From positions 1 through 64,000 of the forward strand of contig NMRA01000653.1 of the NCBI GenBank assembly GCA_002633005.1: a DNA stretch of 64,000 nucleotides. The letters are read 5' to 3'. The DNA is from Phoronis australis (Eukaryota; Animalia; Phoronida). The notes under the pieces are model-generated. The model worked only from the letters and a program-made list of their open reading frames with translations, had not been told where the DNA came from and ran no database searches. Both the position numbers and the translations under genes were made by a program. Below are positions 63,015-64,000 of the stretch, piece after piece (positions within the stretch are counted from its first letter, which is position 1; each line of letters opens with the position of its first letter).

Positions 63015-64000
63015 CTAAAGACAACCATTTGTTTTTCCGTTAGCTTGGTGATGTTTTATGCTGGCACTTGCTAATATTGAGCTTTAATGCTGGTGCAAAT
63101 TTCTCTAGGTTATTGTATCATTTTACATCCCCGCAAGATAAAGCCAGGTTTTTTTGTAATATAAGGACAGACTGTCCACAAGTTGCAATCATTCGGAAAT
63201 CGGCATTGGTACATGGCAACATTTAATTTATAATTGGATACCTAAAAAGACTTTTTAGGCCCGATATCTTCAAAATGGTTGTTCTGGCGCAGTGTCAGCG
63301 AACAATCGAGAGAAACACAGGTGATTCTACGTACAGCATAATTCTTTTATTCGTGTGCCGTCAGTACATAGACAAACCGGTAAACTGAAATAAACAAAAC
63401 CCTCAGTCACTACTACGAAATATAATACAAGCACAGGCAGTGACAATATATACAAAACCGTTATTTACATCAACGAAGAAAATGTACAAGTAACGAAATG
63501 GCTATATCAGATAAACTGAATCTTATATGAAAATACTATATACAAAAACGAACCTAATTCATACACAATTCTGCCGTGAGACCGTGACGCAAACTAGATA
63601 TCAAGTCACGCTAAACTTTTACAATAATATGAGCTAGAAACAGACTGGTTTGTGAATTGCAATCTCAAGGTCGCAGCGAACAACGCCCAAACCCTCGACA
63701 CGAACCACGAAGGACGAAATACGGCAAAGTAAATAAAGCGAAAATACTGAAACTACACGGGACACGAGAGAATGCATTGCACAAACCAGAATATAACGAT
63801 AAGCAAAAGAACACTACTTACATCATGAAAACCCTGCAATCTCGACGATGAAACCAATGAGATGCATACACTGCACACAGATACGAAATACGAATGAATG
63901 GAACTGGCGGGTAAAACGCTTTTAAATGTCAGTACCACGTGACAAGTTCACAATCTGCGGGGTACTTGAAAATGAGTACAACAGGAAACAATACTTAATA

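Overview
Eukaryotic (animal) genomic DNA: AT-rich, intron-rich, with N-gaps at 16784-17409 and 50799-50823. The transposon complement suggests an invertebrate (inference only). Most ORFs in the track are exon read-throughs or spurious. Splicing by hand at GT-AG sites gives three complete, frame-consistent paralogues of one secreted protein that I cannot assign to a named family, each with 12 coding exons. Copy A is on the minus strand (18857->2997, 681 aa), copy B on the minus strand (45104->30486, 680 aa), and the more divergent copy C on the plus strand (47723->57642, 675 aa). B and C are head-to-head. A arose from a ~21-kb tandem duplication (961-21750 vs 22143-48062), which also left a frameshifted exon-1 stub of C and a broken copy of a SAM-domain exon. 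The protein has a signal peptide, a highly conserved H-D/N-H-A-N...EFRTRHNDY core, and a last exon encoding an HxH...HxH...C-x5-C-WDGHG module that looks metal-binding. The introns and the duplication junction hold an internally deleted AcademX DNA transposon, a Penelope-like RT fragment abutting a splice acceptor, IS3EU-like transposase remnants, several MITEs and a tRNA-derived SINE head. At the right end are a Dpy-30-motif ORF and an 86-bp tandem repeat.
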